A stretch of DNA of 64,000 bases from NCBI GenBank assembly GCA_964035545.1, contig OZ037766.1, positions 32,912,773-32,976,772 on the forward strand. The letters are read 5' to 3'. The position numbers and the translations under genes are program-made. The notes under the pieces were generated by a model, which was not told the DNA's origin, made no database searches, and saw only the letters and a program-made list of their open reading frames with translations. Origin of the DNA: Bugula neritina (lineage: Eukaryota; Animalia; Bryozoa). Positions 1 through 12,861 of this stretch are shown here, piece after piece; within the stretch, counting starts at the first letter, position 1; each line of letters opens with the position of its first letter.

Positions 1-2370
1 TGAATTCAAGATATAAAAGCAGTAAATTTAGAGATGAACCTTATAGCTTCTAATACCTCAACAAATAAGACACATGTATTATTTATATTACACCACTGCA
101 GTGTTGGAGTGTCACTATCAGTAGAGATACAATATTGTGTTCAAGTTGGTCTGTATTATGCTGATATATGCCCCTTATATATTTCAACCATACCCACAGT
201 AACTTGATGAGCTTGTCCACATGAAATGGGCTAAACTCTAATGCTTTACTGTCTATGATAGAGTATAACTGAAAGTGAATAAAGGCCTCTCTGAGTGATG
301 ATGTGTGACTATTCAGTGAAGAAGCATGTATTAGTTCAGTGACATTCAATAGTGTGCTGCTGTGAATATTTACATTGTTAGACTGTTGATATTTAATTAG
401 TCATATGTTTGTCTTTACTTCAACATGTGATTTCTAAATGCACTTTTTTGAGACAAGATGAGGAGTGAAATAAAAATTTTTTGCAACATGAATTTTTTTG
501 TGCAATCAATTTCTCTTTCATATGGATTCAATATTTTAGGCAACTTATATTGTATGTTACAAAAAACATTTTTACTGCTCTATTCTGTGGGAACATGTTC
601 ACTTAATCAGTTCACTTCAAACAATTCATTTGAATGCTGACTATGTAAATGCATCATAAATAATACATAATGCCACTTTTCTATGTCAACACAGCAGACC
701 CTTTCTCTAAACCCACAAGTTATCCATGCATATAGACTATACAAGTTTAATATAGAAACCTGATTCTTCTATAGAAAATCTATTAGTTTAGCAGCTGTCT
801 CTGTGGCAACATGGCGTTGTTTACTTACTGTGTCAATAGAGTCACTTTAATCAATCTATTTGAATGCTAACTTATAGGTTATGTAAAGTCATTGTATAGA
901 TTATTGATTCTATCTTTTGCTTTATTACTGTACTTAGTGTAGCCACACTATTGATGTAAAGCATTTTCATCCACTTGAATTACAAAAAAAACTTTTGAAT
1001 GCCTTCCTACCAGTCTGCTGCTGCTGCTTGAGTTTTAAAGCGTCTTCTGCATCTCCCTATCTTTGAAATGTTAAATAGTTACAATGACATATCACATTTA
1101 GAGTTTCTGTTACTTGTTTATGCCCATTTAATTTTATTTTTCATGCTTTCTTTGCTAATCTTTAATAAATCATTTTTTAATTTGTAAGGTCACGGTAAAA
1201 CTAATAATAACAAAAGATTTAAAAGATCAATAAAGTTATAAAAAATAACTCATAACTTTCCACAGTAATAATCTACATGCAGTCATATTTAAAAGCACTC
1301 AACAATGATATTCCAGAAATAAAGTAAATTGTTTTTGCGTAACAACTCGTCACCACAGTTAATATCTGTAGCATGGAAACTTGATAAAGAAATTGTCATA
1401 TAGCTATTAAACTTGCATATATCATTGGTGTGAATTCAGGATAAAAGCAGTAAATTTAGAGATGAACCTTATAGCTTCTAATACCTCAACAAATAAGTCA
1501 CATGTATTATTTATATTACACCACTGCAGTGTTGGGGTGTCACTGTCAGTAGAGATACAATATTGTGTCAAGTTGATCTGTATTATGCTAATATATGCCC
1601 CTTATATTTCAACCATACCCACAGTAACTTGATGAGCTTGTCCACATGAAATGGGCTAAACTCTAATGTTTTACTGTCTATTATAGAGCATAACTGAAAT
1701 TGAATAAAGGTCTCTCTGTGTGATGATGTGTGACTATTCAGTGAAGAAGCATGTATTAGTTCAGTGACATTCAATAGTGTGCTGCTGTGAATATTTACAT
1801 TGTTAGACTGTTGATATTTAATTAGTCATATGTTTGTCTTTACTTCAACATGTGATTTCTAAATGCACTTTTTTGAGACAAGATGAGGAGTGAAATAAAA
1901 ATTTTTTGCAACATGAATTTTTTTGTGCAATCAATTTCTCTTTCATATGGATTCAATATTTTAGGCAACTTATATTGTATGTTACAAAAAAAAAACATTT
2001 TTACTGCTGTGCTCTGTGGGAACATGTTCACTTAATCAGTTCACTTCAATCAACTCATCTGAATGCTGACTATGTAAATGCATCATAAATAATACATAAT
2101 GCCACTTTTCTATGTCAACACAGCAGACCCTTTCTCTAAACCCACAAGTTATCCATGCATATAGACTATACAAGTTTAATATAGAAACCTGATTCTTCTA
2201 TAGAAAATCTATTAGTTTAGCAGCTGTCTCTGTGGCAACATGGCGTTGTTTACTTACTGTGTCAATAGAGTCACTTCAATCAATCTATTTGAATGCTAAC
2301 TTATAGGTTATGTAATGTCATTGTATGGATTATTGATTCTATCTTTTGTTTTATTACTGTACTTAGTGCC
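1..2370. repeat. Tandem ~1.43-kb duplication of a locally dispersed segment
   Basis: Positions 1-~940 are near-identical to 1431-~2370 (both start TGAATTCA..ATAAAAGCAGTAAATTTAGAGATGAACC). The same segment recurs at ~18050-20233 and, more diverged, at ~12862-13158. Confidence 0.9.
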
Positions 2371-2374
2371 ACCT

Positions 2375-3878
2375 TGTAGTGTGACTGTATATACTTTACT
2401 GTAGTGTGACTGTATATACTATACTATAGTGTGACTGTATATACTATACTGTAGTGTGACTGTATATACTATACTGTAGTGTGTCTGTATATACTATACT
2501 GTAGTGTGACTGTATATACTATACTGTAGTGTGACTGTATATACTATACTATAGTGTGACTGTATATACTATACTGTAGTGTGACTGTATACACTATACT
2601 GTAGTGTGACTGTATATACTATACTATAGTGTGACTGTATATACTATACTGTAGTGTGACTGTATATACTATACTGTAGTGTGACCGTATATACTATACT
2701 GTAGTGTGACTGTATATACTATACTGTAGTGTGACCGTATATACTATACTGTAGTGTGACTGTATATACTATACTGTAGTGTGACCGTATATACTATACT
2801 GTAGTGTGACCGTATATACTATACTGTAGTGTGACTGTATATACTATACTATAGTGTGACTGTATATACTATACTGTAGTGTGACTGTATATACTATACT
2901 GTAGTGTGACTGTATATACTATACTATACTATAGTGTGACTGTATATACTATACTGTAGTGTGACTGTATATACTATACTATACTTTAGTGTGACTGTAT
3001 ATACTTTACTGTAGTGTGACTGTATATACTATACTATAGTGTGACTGTATATACTATACTGTAGTGTGACTGTATATACTATACTGTAGTGTGTCTGTAT
3101 ATACTATACTGTAGTGTGACTGTATATACTATACTGTAGTGTGACTGTATATACTATACTATAGTGTGACTGTATATACTATACTGTAGTGTGACTGTAT
3201 ACACTATACTGTAGTGTGACTGTATATACTATACTATAGTGTGACTGTATATACTATACTGTAGTGTGACTGTATATACTATACTGTAGTGTGACCGTAT
3301 ATACTATACTGTAGTGTGACTGTATATACTATACTGTAGTGTGACCGTATATACTATACTGTAGTGTAACTGTATATACTATACTGTAGTGTGACCGTAT
3401 ATACTATACTGTAGTGTGACCGTATATACTATACTGTAGTGTGACTGTATATACTATACTATAGTGTGACTGTATATACTATACTGTAGTGTGACTGTAT
3501 ATACTATACTGTAGTGTGACTGTATATACTATACTATACTATAGTGTGACTGTATATACTATACTGTAGTGTGACTGTATATACTATACTGTAGTGTGAC
3601 TGTATATACTATACTATACTTTAGTGTGACTGTATATACTATACTGTAGTGTGACTGTATATACTATACTGTAGTGTGACCGTATATACTATACTGTAGT
3701 GTGACTGTATATACTATACTGTAGTGTGACTGTATATACTATACTGTAGTGTGACCGTATATACTATACTGTAGTGTGACTGTATATACTCTACTGTAGT
3801 GTGACTGTATATACTATACTATACTGTAGTGTGACTGTATATACTATACTGTAGTGTGACTGTATATACTATACTATA
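2375..3878. repeat. 25-bp minisatellite (GTAGTGTGACTGTATATACTATACT)n
   Basis: Direct inspection; variant units recur with a 610-bp higher-order period. Confidence 0.97.
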
Positions 3879-4296
3879 TATTATATTTATGGTGTATGAA
3901 TAGCACTGATAACTGTAATATTATTAGTAAACAGCAATAATAATATATTACGATTATATAAAATATCTTTACACAAATAATGAGTATTTTAGTTGCACCA
4001 ATGAGAGTTGTAACAAGTCAATGCTACACACTTTCATATAACAGTACAGCAGTATATCAGCAGCTAGACTAACTTCCATAGCTGCACATGTTAGTAGAGT
4101 AAGGCTGGAATAAATCAGCTCTCTCACTGCAGTTAAAAAAAAGTTGTACATTGCTTGCTCAGTTTAACTCTTACAAGTGTTTCACAGAAATCAGAAAGAT
4201 TAGCGAACTCTACCATTGTTTCTAGCTATTCAATCTCAGTGATAGAATTACAGCTGTTGAATATCAATCACTTTCTATATGCTCAATGTAATTGTC

Positions 4297-7200
4297 TCAG
4301 ATATGTGGTGGATGGAAACCAGGGAACAGCAGGAGTTGTCTTCCTTTAGTTGGGAAACATTCACTCGTCGGCTGTTGACCTCCAACCTGTGGATCCCTTT
4401 TATTAGCCAGTATACTTTTTTCTCTTACTATGTCCTTGACCTTCAATAAACAGTTTAAAACAGCATGAATTTGGAAAAGAAGCTTATATTAAGTACTAAT
4501 TATATTTTGCATAATATGTCTTACTTTCTGAAATATTCCAACAATGTCGGTATCATGAGCGTAATTGTACAGAGAACAGACCAGAGCTCGGATAGCCCAA
4601 GTGCCTTGCAATTTGTGCCGAATCGAGTAGTAACCTAAAAAGCAAAAGTAATTTTTATGAAGTATTGAAAATAAATTTAGTAAGCTATACTCAGTATGGG
4701 GCCGTATCAAGCGTAGTCGTGCAACAGACCAAATTTTAGAAAGTACCGGAAATTATCGAAACTCATGAAAACAATTTTTGCAGAAAAGATACTATTTTTT
4801 AAAGTAAGTAAATTTTTTTTTCAGTTTAATAAAAAAGTTTGAAAAGAACTTCATGCATTAAAAAATGGGGTTGTTAATCATTAAAAAAAATGTTCTTACC
4901 GTGAAAGCTGGCTCTCAAAATGAACAAGTCATCGGTAGCCAAGTGTTCACCAGCCATGACACTTGCTGTTTGTGTAGCTCTATGACTGTCAGTCACAGCG
5001 TCATGCTCGAACCCCATGTTGTCGGATCTCACTAGCATATGTGAACAACACAGCATTAGTAACTGCACATAATGAGTCATTATACCAAGTGGACACAACT
5101 TCCTATGTTACTGAGAAAACTGACATTCCATAGCATTGCAACAGCAAGATGCGTTTGAGCGCTGACTTAGTTGAACTAATAATTTGAAGTTGTCTTGCCA
5201 TTTGATAGTTGTATTATTTACAGCATCTTAAAATCATAAGCCATGAACCAAGAATACAAACCTTCAACTTTTAACTAATCATTCTTTATAGTGTTATGCA
5301 AATTTGCATCAAAATTGATTATGTTGTATTATATTCTTGCATTATTTTATTATAGTATTGTAGCATCATATGCCCTACTGCATGTATATATTGTCATCTT
5401 ATTTATAAAAATATATTATATTATTATATTCTACTGTATGTAATATGATATCATAGTGTGATAATATTAAAAGTATATTATAATATATCACTATATTTTA
5501 TGCTATTAAATTATGCTTCCATGATTGTGCTAGATTGAAGAATATATTATGTTCTTATAAAACATGACTGCAAAGCCTACAGAAAGCAAAAGGTTTTTGA
5601 AACTTTAACTTACTGCCAGCGCAGGCCTGTATAATGACCAGCTTTGGCTTGCCAGCCATAGACTTGAACCTGTAAGGAGACATCAAATCATAAACATCTG
5701 TCAGCTTAGCAGGTCGGCCATCTTTACCGTAAAGTTCACGGTCTGTTCCGTGCGTCATGATGACTAATGCGAAAACTCCAAGTTTTTCGTGGTCGAGGTG
5801 GTTAGTTTCTTTTTCTATTTCACTTATCATTTGCTGCAAGTTAAAAGTAAGAAAAATTTAAAGCAAGCAAAACTTAAATTATGGCCAGTATGCATAAAGT
5901 TCAATTATACTGAGCTTTTACCACAAACTAAAACTAAAGCTAATTTCATCATTTTAACTATTTCCTAAGTAAATGCTTTTTATTTGGCATCTATTTGAAA
6001 GTTCTGCAATAAATTTATTGTATTACCGTATATAAAGTTAAAGTTTTTTATGAAATGAATTAGTAAATAAATCTGAAGATTGCTCAATGCCTATATAAAC
6101 AGATCTGCGTAAATAAATATAACATTTACTTGAAATCAATACTCTACTATAAGATGTGCTACTATTGGTTAGATGCAGGAGCACTATTGAGTTTTCCTGA
6201 TCTTACATGGTTGAATATATCTTACCAGTCAACCACGGACTATAGAATAGCTGATGTTACCTGGCTGGTGAGGTTTGTTCTGATTTCACAGTGGAAACTG
6301 AGCTGCTGAAACACTTTCCTAAGGTTTATCACATCAAATTCAGAACCATTCCTGTTTGCTAGTTTAGGATGACTCACTGGTGCTGTGACAGCCTGCTGGT
6401 CAAAATCCTTGTTGTTTATGACTAAGCATCTTCCTCTCATTGGTGCTGTCATTCTGTAAACCTGCTTTTCAAAAGAGAAAAACTGTTCATCAGTCAGAAA
6501 CTTAAACGAAAAAAAGTGCATTAAAGCAAACACCAAGTGCTAGAGATATTTAAATACTTTTCAATGATACATGTATTGAAGGCTTCCATAGAATCCTAAT
6601 TTATGCTTTCTACATCTTACACTGTTGGAGTTGAATTTCTCTTCAACAAGCAATGCATCACAAGTTTTTAATGAGAGTGAGATTTCATCTACACTTCTGT
6701 CTGTCTCTTCCAAGTACTTCAGGAGATCCATTTCCTGTTTGTCTGCTGCAACAAACAGTAGCTTGACATTTGCAGATATATACTATAGTGAATATACTAT
6801 ATACTAGTGAATATACTGTATACTAGTGAATATACTGCATACTAGTGAACATACTGTATACTTATAGTGAATATACTGTATACTAGTGAACATACTGCAT
6901 ACTAGTGAATATACTATATACTAGTGAATATACTGTATACTAGTGAATATACTGTATACTAGTGAATATACTGTATACTAGTGAATATACTGTATACTAG
7001 TGAATATACTGTATACTAGTGAACATACTGTATACTAGTGAATATACTGTATACTAGTGAATATACTGTATACTAGTGAATATACTGTATACTAGTGAAT
7101 ATACTGTATACTAGTGAATATACTGTATACTAGTGAATAATATACTGTATACTAGTGAATATACTGTATACTAGTGAATATACTGTATACTAGTGAATAT

Positions 7201-9551
7201 ACTGTATACTAGTGAATATACTGTATACTAGTGAATATACTGTATACTAGTGAACATACTGTATACTAGTGAACATACTGTATACTAGTGAATATACTGT
7301 ATACTAGTGAATATACTGTATACTAGTGAATATACTGTATACTAGTGAATATACTGTATACTAGTGAATATACTGTATACTAGTGAATATACTATATACT
7401 AGTGAATATACTGTATACTAGTGAACATACTATATTATACTACCAAGAGCTCTTACTTGAAGACTGGTGGGCTGGGTCTCTCTGAAACTCCTCAATAAAA
7501 GACACAGCAGCCGAATTATTCAGCAAATGTGCTAATTCAAGAGGCGTGGAACTGTTGCGCAAACTCCTAATGCTTAGCACTGATGTTGCCTGAGCAGCTG
7601 ACAACTGTCTCAGTAAAGCTCTGATGATTTCATCATGTCCGTGGTACAGAGAACTATGAGCTGGAGTCTCACCATGCTTATCTTGTATTGTTAATAGTTC
7701 GCCCAATTCATCTGATGGTAAAGAATCAACGAGACATTTTACAATTTCAACCTGATTGGTGGTTGCTGCCCAGTGTAGAGTCGTCTTGCCATTTTCGTCT
7801 GCTGCTTTGATCACTTGAAGCCAATCGGTAGCTGATGTAGACAGACTTGCTATCATGCATTTCACAGTTTCAGTATGGCCGTTTCCTGCTGCGTATCGTA
7901 AAGCAGTAGCTCCATATTTATCTGGCATAATAAGCAGATCACCCAGCTGAGCTGCAGGCACATGACTCAATAGACATTTCACAGTTTCTGCATGGCCGTT
8001 GTACGCTGCGTCATGAACAACAGTACGCCCAATATTGGTCTGTATTTTGACTAGCTTGAAAAAAGCAGACATTTGTAGAGAATCAGCTATGACTTTTACT
8101 GTCTCTTTATGGCCATTACCCCCAGCCCAGTGCAAAACTGTGCAAAGTCCTTTGCTTTGCACGCTGAGCTCTTTATAGAATTCAGCTTCTGGTATGGCAC
8201 TCAAGATACATTTCATGGTTTCTGAATCGCCTCTCATTGCTACTTTGTGTAGAACTGTGTAGCTATGAACATCTCTCATTGAGACTAGTTGGCATAACTT
8301 TGATGCTGAGATGGAGTCTAGCATGCATTTTACAGCTTCTGTGTGGCCCTTATTTGCTGCGCAATGTAAAGCAGTATAACCTTGCCTATTGCTAATCATA
8401 ATGAGCTTGTCTCGGTCTGGTACTGAGTCAATGATGCATTCAACAGCTTCTGTATGACCATTTTCTGCTGCCATGTGAGCTGCCGTATCGCCATGTTTAT
8501 CTTGCATGATCAACAGCTGAAATACGTCAGTAGCGGGTATAGTGTCCAGGATACACTCTATTGTTGATATGTAATGACGGCCAGCTGCTCTGTGTAAAGC
8601 TGTCTCCTTATGGTCATTCTGGATAAGACAAAGTTTGCAAAAGTCTGCTGGTGAAATGAATTCTAGTATACAGGAGACAATGGTAACATGCCCATTTTCC
8701 ATCACCTGATGTAAAAATGTCCAACCATGTGTGTTCTGAATGGAGAACAGCTGACACAGGTGAGCAGTTGAAAGAGTCTCTGAAATACATTCGACTATAT
8801 CAAGGTGCTTGCTGACCGCAGCCAGGTGAAGCACTGTCTCACCTTTGTGGTTTAGTGTGAGCAGCAGGTTGAAGAGATCAGGTTCTGGCAAGGAGTGTGC
8901 TATATATTTCACCGTCTCAGTGTGCCTATTTTGTGCTGCACTGTGTAAAGCTGTACAGCCATTTGAATCCTGCATTACCAGCAGCTTGTATACATCCGTA
9001 GGTGGTGTATCTTCTAGTAAACACATAAGAGTTTCTGTATAACCATTTTGAGCTGCGTAGTGGATGGCTGTATTCTTATATCTATCTGATATTGAGAGCT
9101 GCTTGTACTGACCGTGGAGACGAAGCAATGGCTTTACGCATTTTACAGTTTCTGTGCAGCCATTACGTGCTGCACCGTGCACAATTGTCCCACCTCGCTT
9201 ATTCTGTATTGTGAGCAGATTGCAAAAATTAGTTGCTGGTACAAAATCTACGAGACATTGTAATGCAGCTGTATTAGAGTCCTTGGTTACATTGTGCACC
9301 ATGGTATCTCCTTGCTCATTTTGTATCATGAGTATTTTGACAAGGTCTGCAGCAGGTAACTTACCTAATATACTTTTTAGTAGTTCTACATTTCCATAGA
9401 CCCTTCTGTCATGCAATAATGTCATACCTTTTTCCTCCTTCCAGCAAAACGCTTTTAGTTGTTCATTTTCTGACAGAGAATCTAGGGTTTGTCTAAATTC
9501 TTCAACACTGTCTATGCAGCTTTTCAATTTACAAAAGGCACTTGGCACCAT
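4297..9551 (-). CDS. Ankyrin-repeat / caspase (peptidase C14A) fusion protein, ~1008 aa, 7 exons
   Basis: Phase-consistent GT-AG exons: 9551-7457, 6745-6621, 6461-6261, 5833-5614, 5031-4900, 4634-4525, 4440-4297 (TGA); total 3027 nt. Exon 1 encodes ~16-17 GxTxLHxAA ankyrin repeats. Exons 3-7 encode the caspase: YRMTAPMRGRCLVINN, RNGSEFD, IMTHG (catalytic His), GKPKLVIIQACAG (catalytic Cys), small subunit SIRHKLQGTW and QQP...LLLFPG. The start ATG (9551) is the first in-frame ATG; an upstream exon is not excluded. Confidence 0.88.
6777..7432. repeat. 19-bp minisatellite (TACTAGTGAATATACTGTA)n filling intron 1 of the ankyrin-caspase gene
   Basis: Direct inspection. Confidence 0.97.
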
Positions 9552-10944
9552 ATTTACTGCAGCTGTTACAGTCAAGGTGATAATTGTCTTACTATATGCT
9601 GCCCTGTTCTACTTCTCTTCAAACTACGTCAAAGGAATAAATCCACAGTCAACGTCTATTATGTATAACTAACGATTAACTAATGTTTTAGGTGTTCACA
9701 ATAGTAGCATGTGAATAGCCCTTTTGTAAAGCGATTAAACAATGTGTATTCCCTCTGTTAGCACAATCAACAGCCTTATTTCATGCTTGCTCAAACAGCT
9801 TTTTTAAATACCTCATTATGTCTACTAAGCTGTTACTAAAAGCATATTAAATAAAATTTCAGCAGTATGCAATCGTGACCAGCAAATATAACTACGGGTG
9901 TGAATTCACTTTTATATTTAGCAAATATATTTTGTCTACAAACGTACTTCTAAAAAGGCAATGAATTATAGCAAATGGTTGCTTTCTGCCATATTAACTG
10001 GTTTTGATATTATTTCTAAATTCAGAAAACGAAAATTGAGTTTACTCTTTTGGATTGAGTTTTTTTTATATTTAACACTTGATTCATGCTTTAAAATTTA
10101 ATTTTCATAAGGTTTTAATTTTACAACAAAACTTCAAGAAATCTTTTGGCTGTAATATTATATAATATATTGAAAAATCATAATCACCAGATGTTCTCAC
10201 AAGTATAGGGTAGGAGAAGTTAAAGAAAAGGGAGTTTGTATATATAATACCTTACAGCTTATATACTTAGTGGAAATGTGATTTCGTGGAGTAAGTTTGA
10301 CAATATTTAATGAAAAAAAATGATAATTTTGCAAACTAGTGGCAAAGCTACAGAAATGAAAAAAGCTTAAGTTTATAGACTTTTCTCAACAAAAAAAGAA
10401 GGGTAGAAATATTTCAAGTCAACAAACAAGTGTGAAACAAATAGTTTATAAAGAGCTATAGATCTGAGGAATAGAGTGTATATAAAGCTACTTCCTGCAT
10501 TATCTAGGTTAGTCATTTCAATTGACCTTAAGTAGAAGACTATTATAGCTGACTACCAACATACAGCAGACATTCTGAAGTTACCAAACTCTACATGACT
10601 TTGCAAAGAAGGCAGTTTGTAATATTCCTTTTATATTGCTGTACTATAAGAAAAATATTGTTTGCATTAACTGCTGTTAAAATAGGAAGAATGAACATAT
10701 ACTTAGCCTACATGTTTTTAGTACTTATGGGACAAATAAATTTTCCAAATGAGTCATGGAAACATGGAATAATATATTAAAGTAGATTAGAAACGGCTCA
10801 ATGGGCTCAATGGGTTCAATAAAATGTATAATCAAGTAGATAGAGATACATTTAACTTGACTGATTTGTTAAAAAGACACACACACAGTTTCACACATAC
10901 GTGCAGTTTGTTGCTGTGAATATAATTACTAACTTAGTTCATTA

Positions 10945-10970
10945 GGGGAAAACCCAAGAAGGGAAATTAT
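10945..10970. promoter_or_regulatory. Rel/NF-kB-like site(s) in the divergent caspase-deaminase intergenic region
   Basis: GGGGAAAACCC (10945-10955) fits the Dorsal/Rel-type GGGWWWWCC consensus and is followed by a partial GGGAAATT site, ~190 nt upstream of ATG 11141. Confidence 0.3.
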
Positions 10971-11140
10971 CTTCAGAAAATACACTTGAGTTGAACCTAT
11001 ACATGGAGTTGCACCATAATATTCCAGTGATGATGGCCCAATACTGCTTGGAAAACCTGAGCAAAATGTTGAATAGTAACACTTTTATACATATATACTT
11101 AAGTTATACCGAATGGTATAGTAATTCATTTTCAACTATC

Positions 11141-11773
11141 ATGGAGGTAGCATCTTCACAGCAGCGTATTAATAAGTGTAACTTATTCAGTCATGATAAT
11201 ATTGTCAACATACTACAGGAATTAAAGAACTTTGGTATTTCACAAAGAAGATAAGGTGTGAAACAAGTGATGGTGGTTGGAGAATATATAGTCTGTGATA
11301 ATGATCAACTAGTTTTATGTCGTAATTGGGAACTTTTCTTTAACAAAAAATTCTATGAATGTGACAACTCTGTACAACAATTCATTAGAAGATTATTTCC
11401 TTACGTAAGATATAGAGATAAAGTTCACACAGAGCTGATGTGGTTGTTGGAAGGAAGTAAACTGAGATCAGACCGTCTGTACATCATATACTCGTATTAC
11501 ATTCCATGTGCTGGTAATCGTCACAGCATCACTTCCTGCGCGGAGTGGTTGACAGAGTATGCAGCTTTGCGCAATATAAATATAATAGTTGGTTATGATG
11601 AGGTGTTTGAACATAGCTGTGAGGATGAATGTTTTTCAATATTCGAAGAAGGAAAAGTACCCTTATATGATTTAACCAAACGCTCTATCTGTGGAGAAGA
11701 GTACGTACATGTTCGGCTCGAAAAAGTGAAATCAGCAAGACAACCTCTAGAATTGCAAATTTATTATAAATAA
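11141..11773 (+). pseudogene. AID/APOBEC-like zinc-dependent deaminase, copy 1 (in-frame TAA at 11252-11254; catalytic core intact from ATG 11270)
   Basis: ORFs 10991-11254 and 11258-11773 are in the same frame. Motifs KVHTELMWLL and LYIIYSYYIPCAGNRHSITSCAEWL give HxE...PC-x9-C. Similarity to copy 2 continues upstream across the stop (IVNILQELKNFGISQRR*GVKQVMVV vs INSLLKELHFTASNRRGQIMVV). Confidence 0.7.
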
Positions 11774-12861
11774 ATGAAATAATATAATCATAAAAAAAAA
11801 TATATTATAATAATACGTGGAGAAGAGTATACAGACATTCAGCTGGAAAATGCGAAACTATCAAGAAAACATCTTGAATTACAAATGGTAATTAATAGCT
11901 TATTATATGGTATAGTGTAACAACATTATAATAGAATAATGTGATAAAGCTTATGAATATAACTATAATATAGTGTAATATAAATATAAATGTTGGAGTT
12001 GATAATAGAGAGTGATGCAAGGCACTGGTTAATCGTCTTCAATGACCACCCATTGCTTTGTGGTTAAGCTATAAGTATGGCAGTATATCTGTTTCTAGTT
12101 AAGTTAAATCAGTGATACTACAATTTTATTTTAATGTTTTTATTTATATAGTTTAAAACATTTTGTTATAGTTTTTAATTAGTATAAACAGCGTTTATAT
12201 GCGTTTTTGTCTACAATATTATTATACAGTTTTTAAACAGTTGAAGTTTGTCGAACTACATGTCTGCTTTTTTTACCTCAAGATAAATATCCTTTTATAA
12301 GTAACTTTTTGTTGATTCATTTAACAAAGTTGCTTCAGCTTTTAATATATTTGTAAATCATTTCATATAATCTTATAAAATAAATCTTTTTCCGTAGATT
12401 TTTTATGAAGTTTTTCCTCATTAAAATATAGACTGTAATTTAAAGATCTCTCGTGCTTTTCATATCGAGCTCAAACTTGAAACTTCTTATATAGAAAAAT
12501 CTGGACTTTTGAGTGACTCTTGGAAATGGGAAAATCCGAAATGCATTATGACACAGTTATGACACAGGATAATCGTAAAGCAGGAATAGTTAAAACAATG
12601 AAGTTTGTATGTTGCAATAGATTATCTCAATTTACAAAAGAATGACACAATAAAAATCAATAGGTGATAATGTTTCACAATATATCAGTAGTTAGTAAAG
12701 ACAGCTGATAGTAAGCGTTTAAAGGTAAATTATGTTAATACTGATGATGGTCAGGTAAAGTAACTAAAAGTTTACATTGGAAATATTAGATAACCAGCAG
12801 TATAAATATAGAGATTAGAGCATAACTCGAAGTGACATATAGAACATAACTCCAAGCAACA

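Noticed and set aside
83-2088. Repeated short ORFs (MNVTELIH..., MRSEIKIF...)
   Set aside because: Frames are not conserved between copies of the duplicated segment and no domain is recognisable.
2375-3878. CRISPR-like appearance of the many 20-40-bp repeat arrays in the window
   Set aside because: Units are head-to-tail with no unique spacers, there are no cas genes, and the context is eukaryotic.
8845-9399. Plus-strand ORFs overlapping the ankyrin exon, and similar antisense ORFs over fry exons
   Set aside because: Antisense shadows of real coding sequence.
7440-9575. Stand-alone 711-aa ankyrin protein as given in the ORF track
   Set aside because: The listed start is a TTG, and a strong A|GTAAGA donor at 7457/7456 links in phase to the downstream caspase exons. 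An ankyrin-only isoform cannot be excluded but has no direct support.
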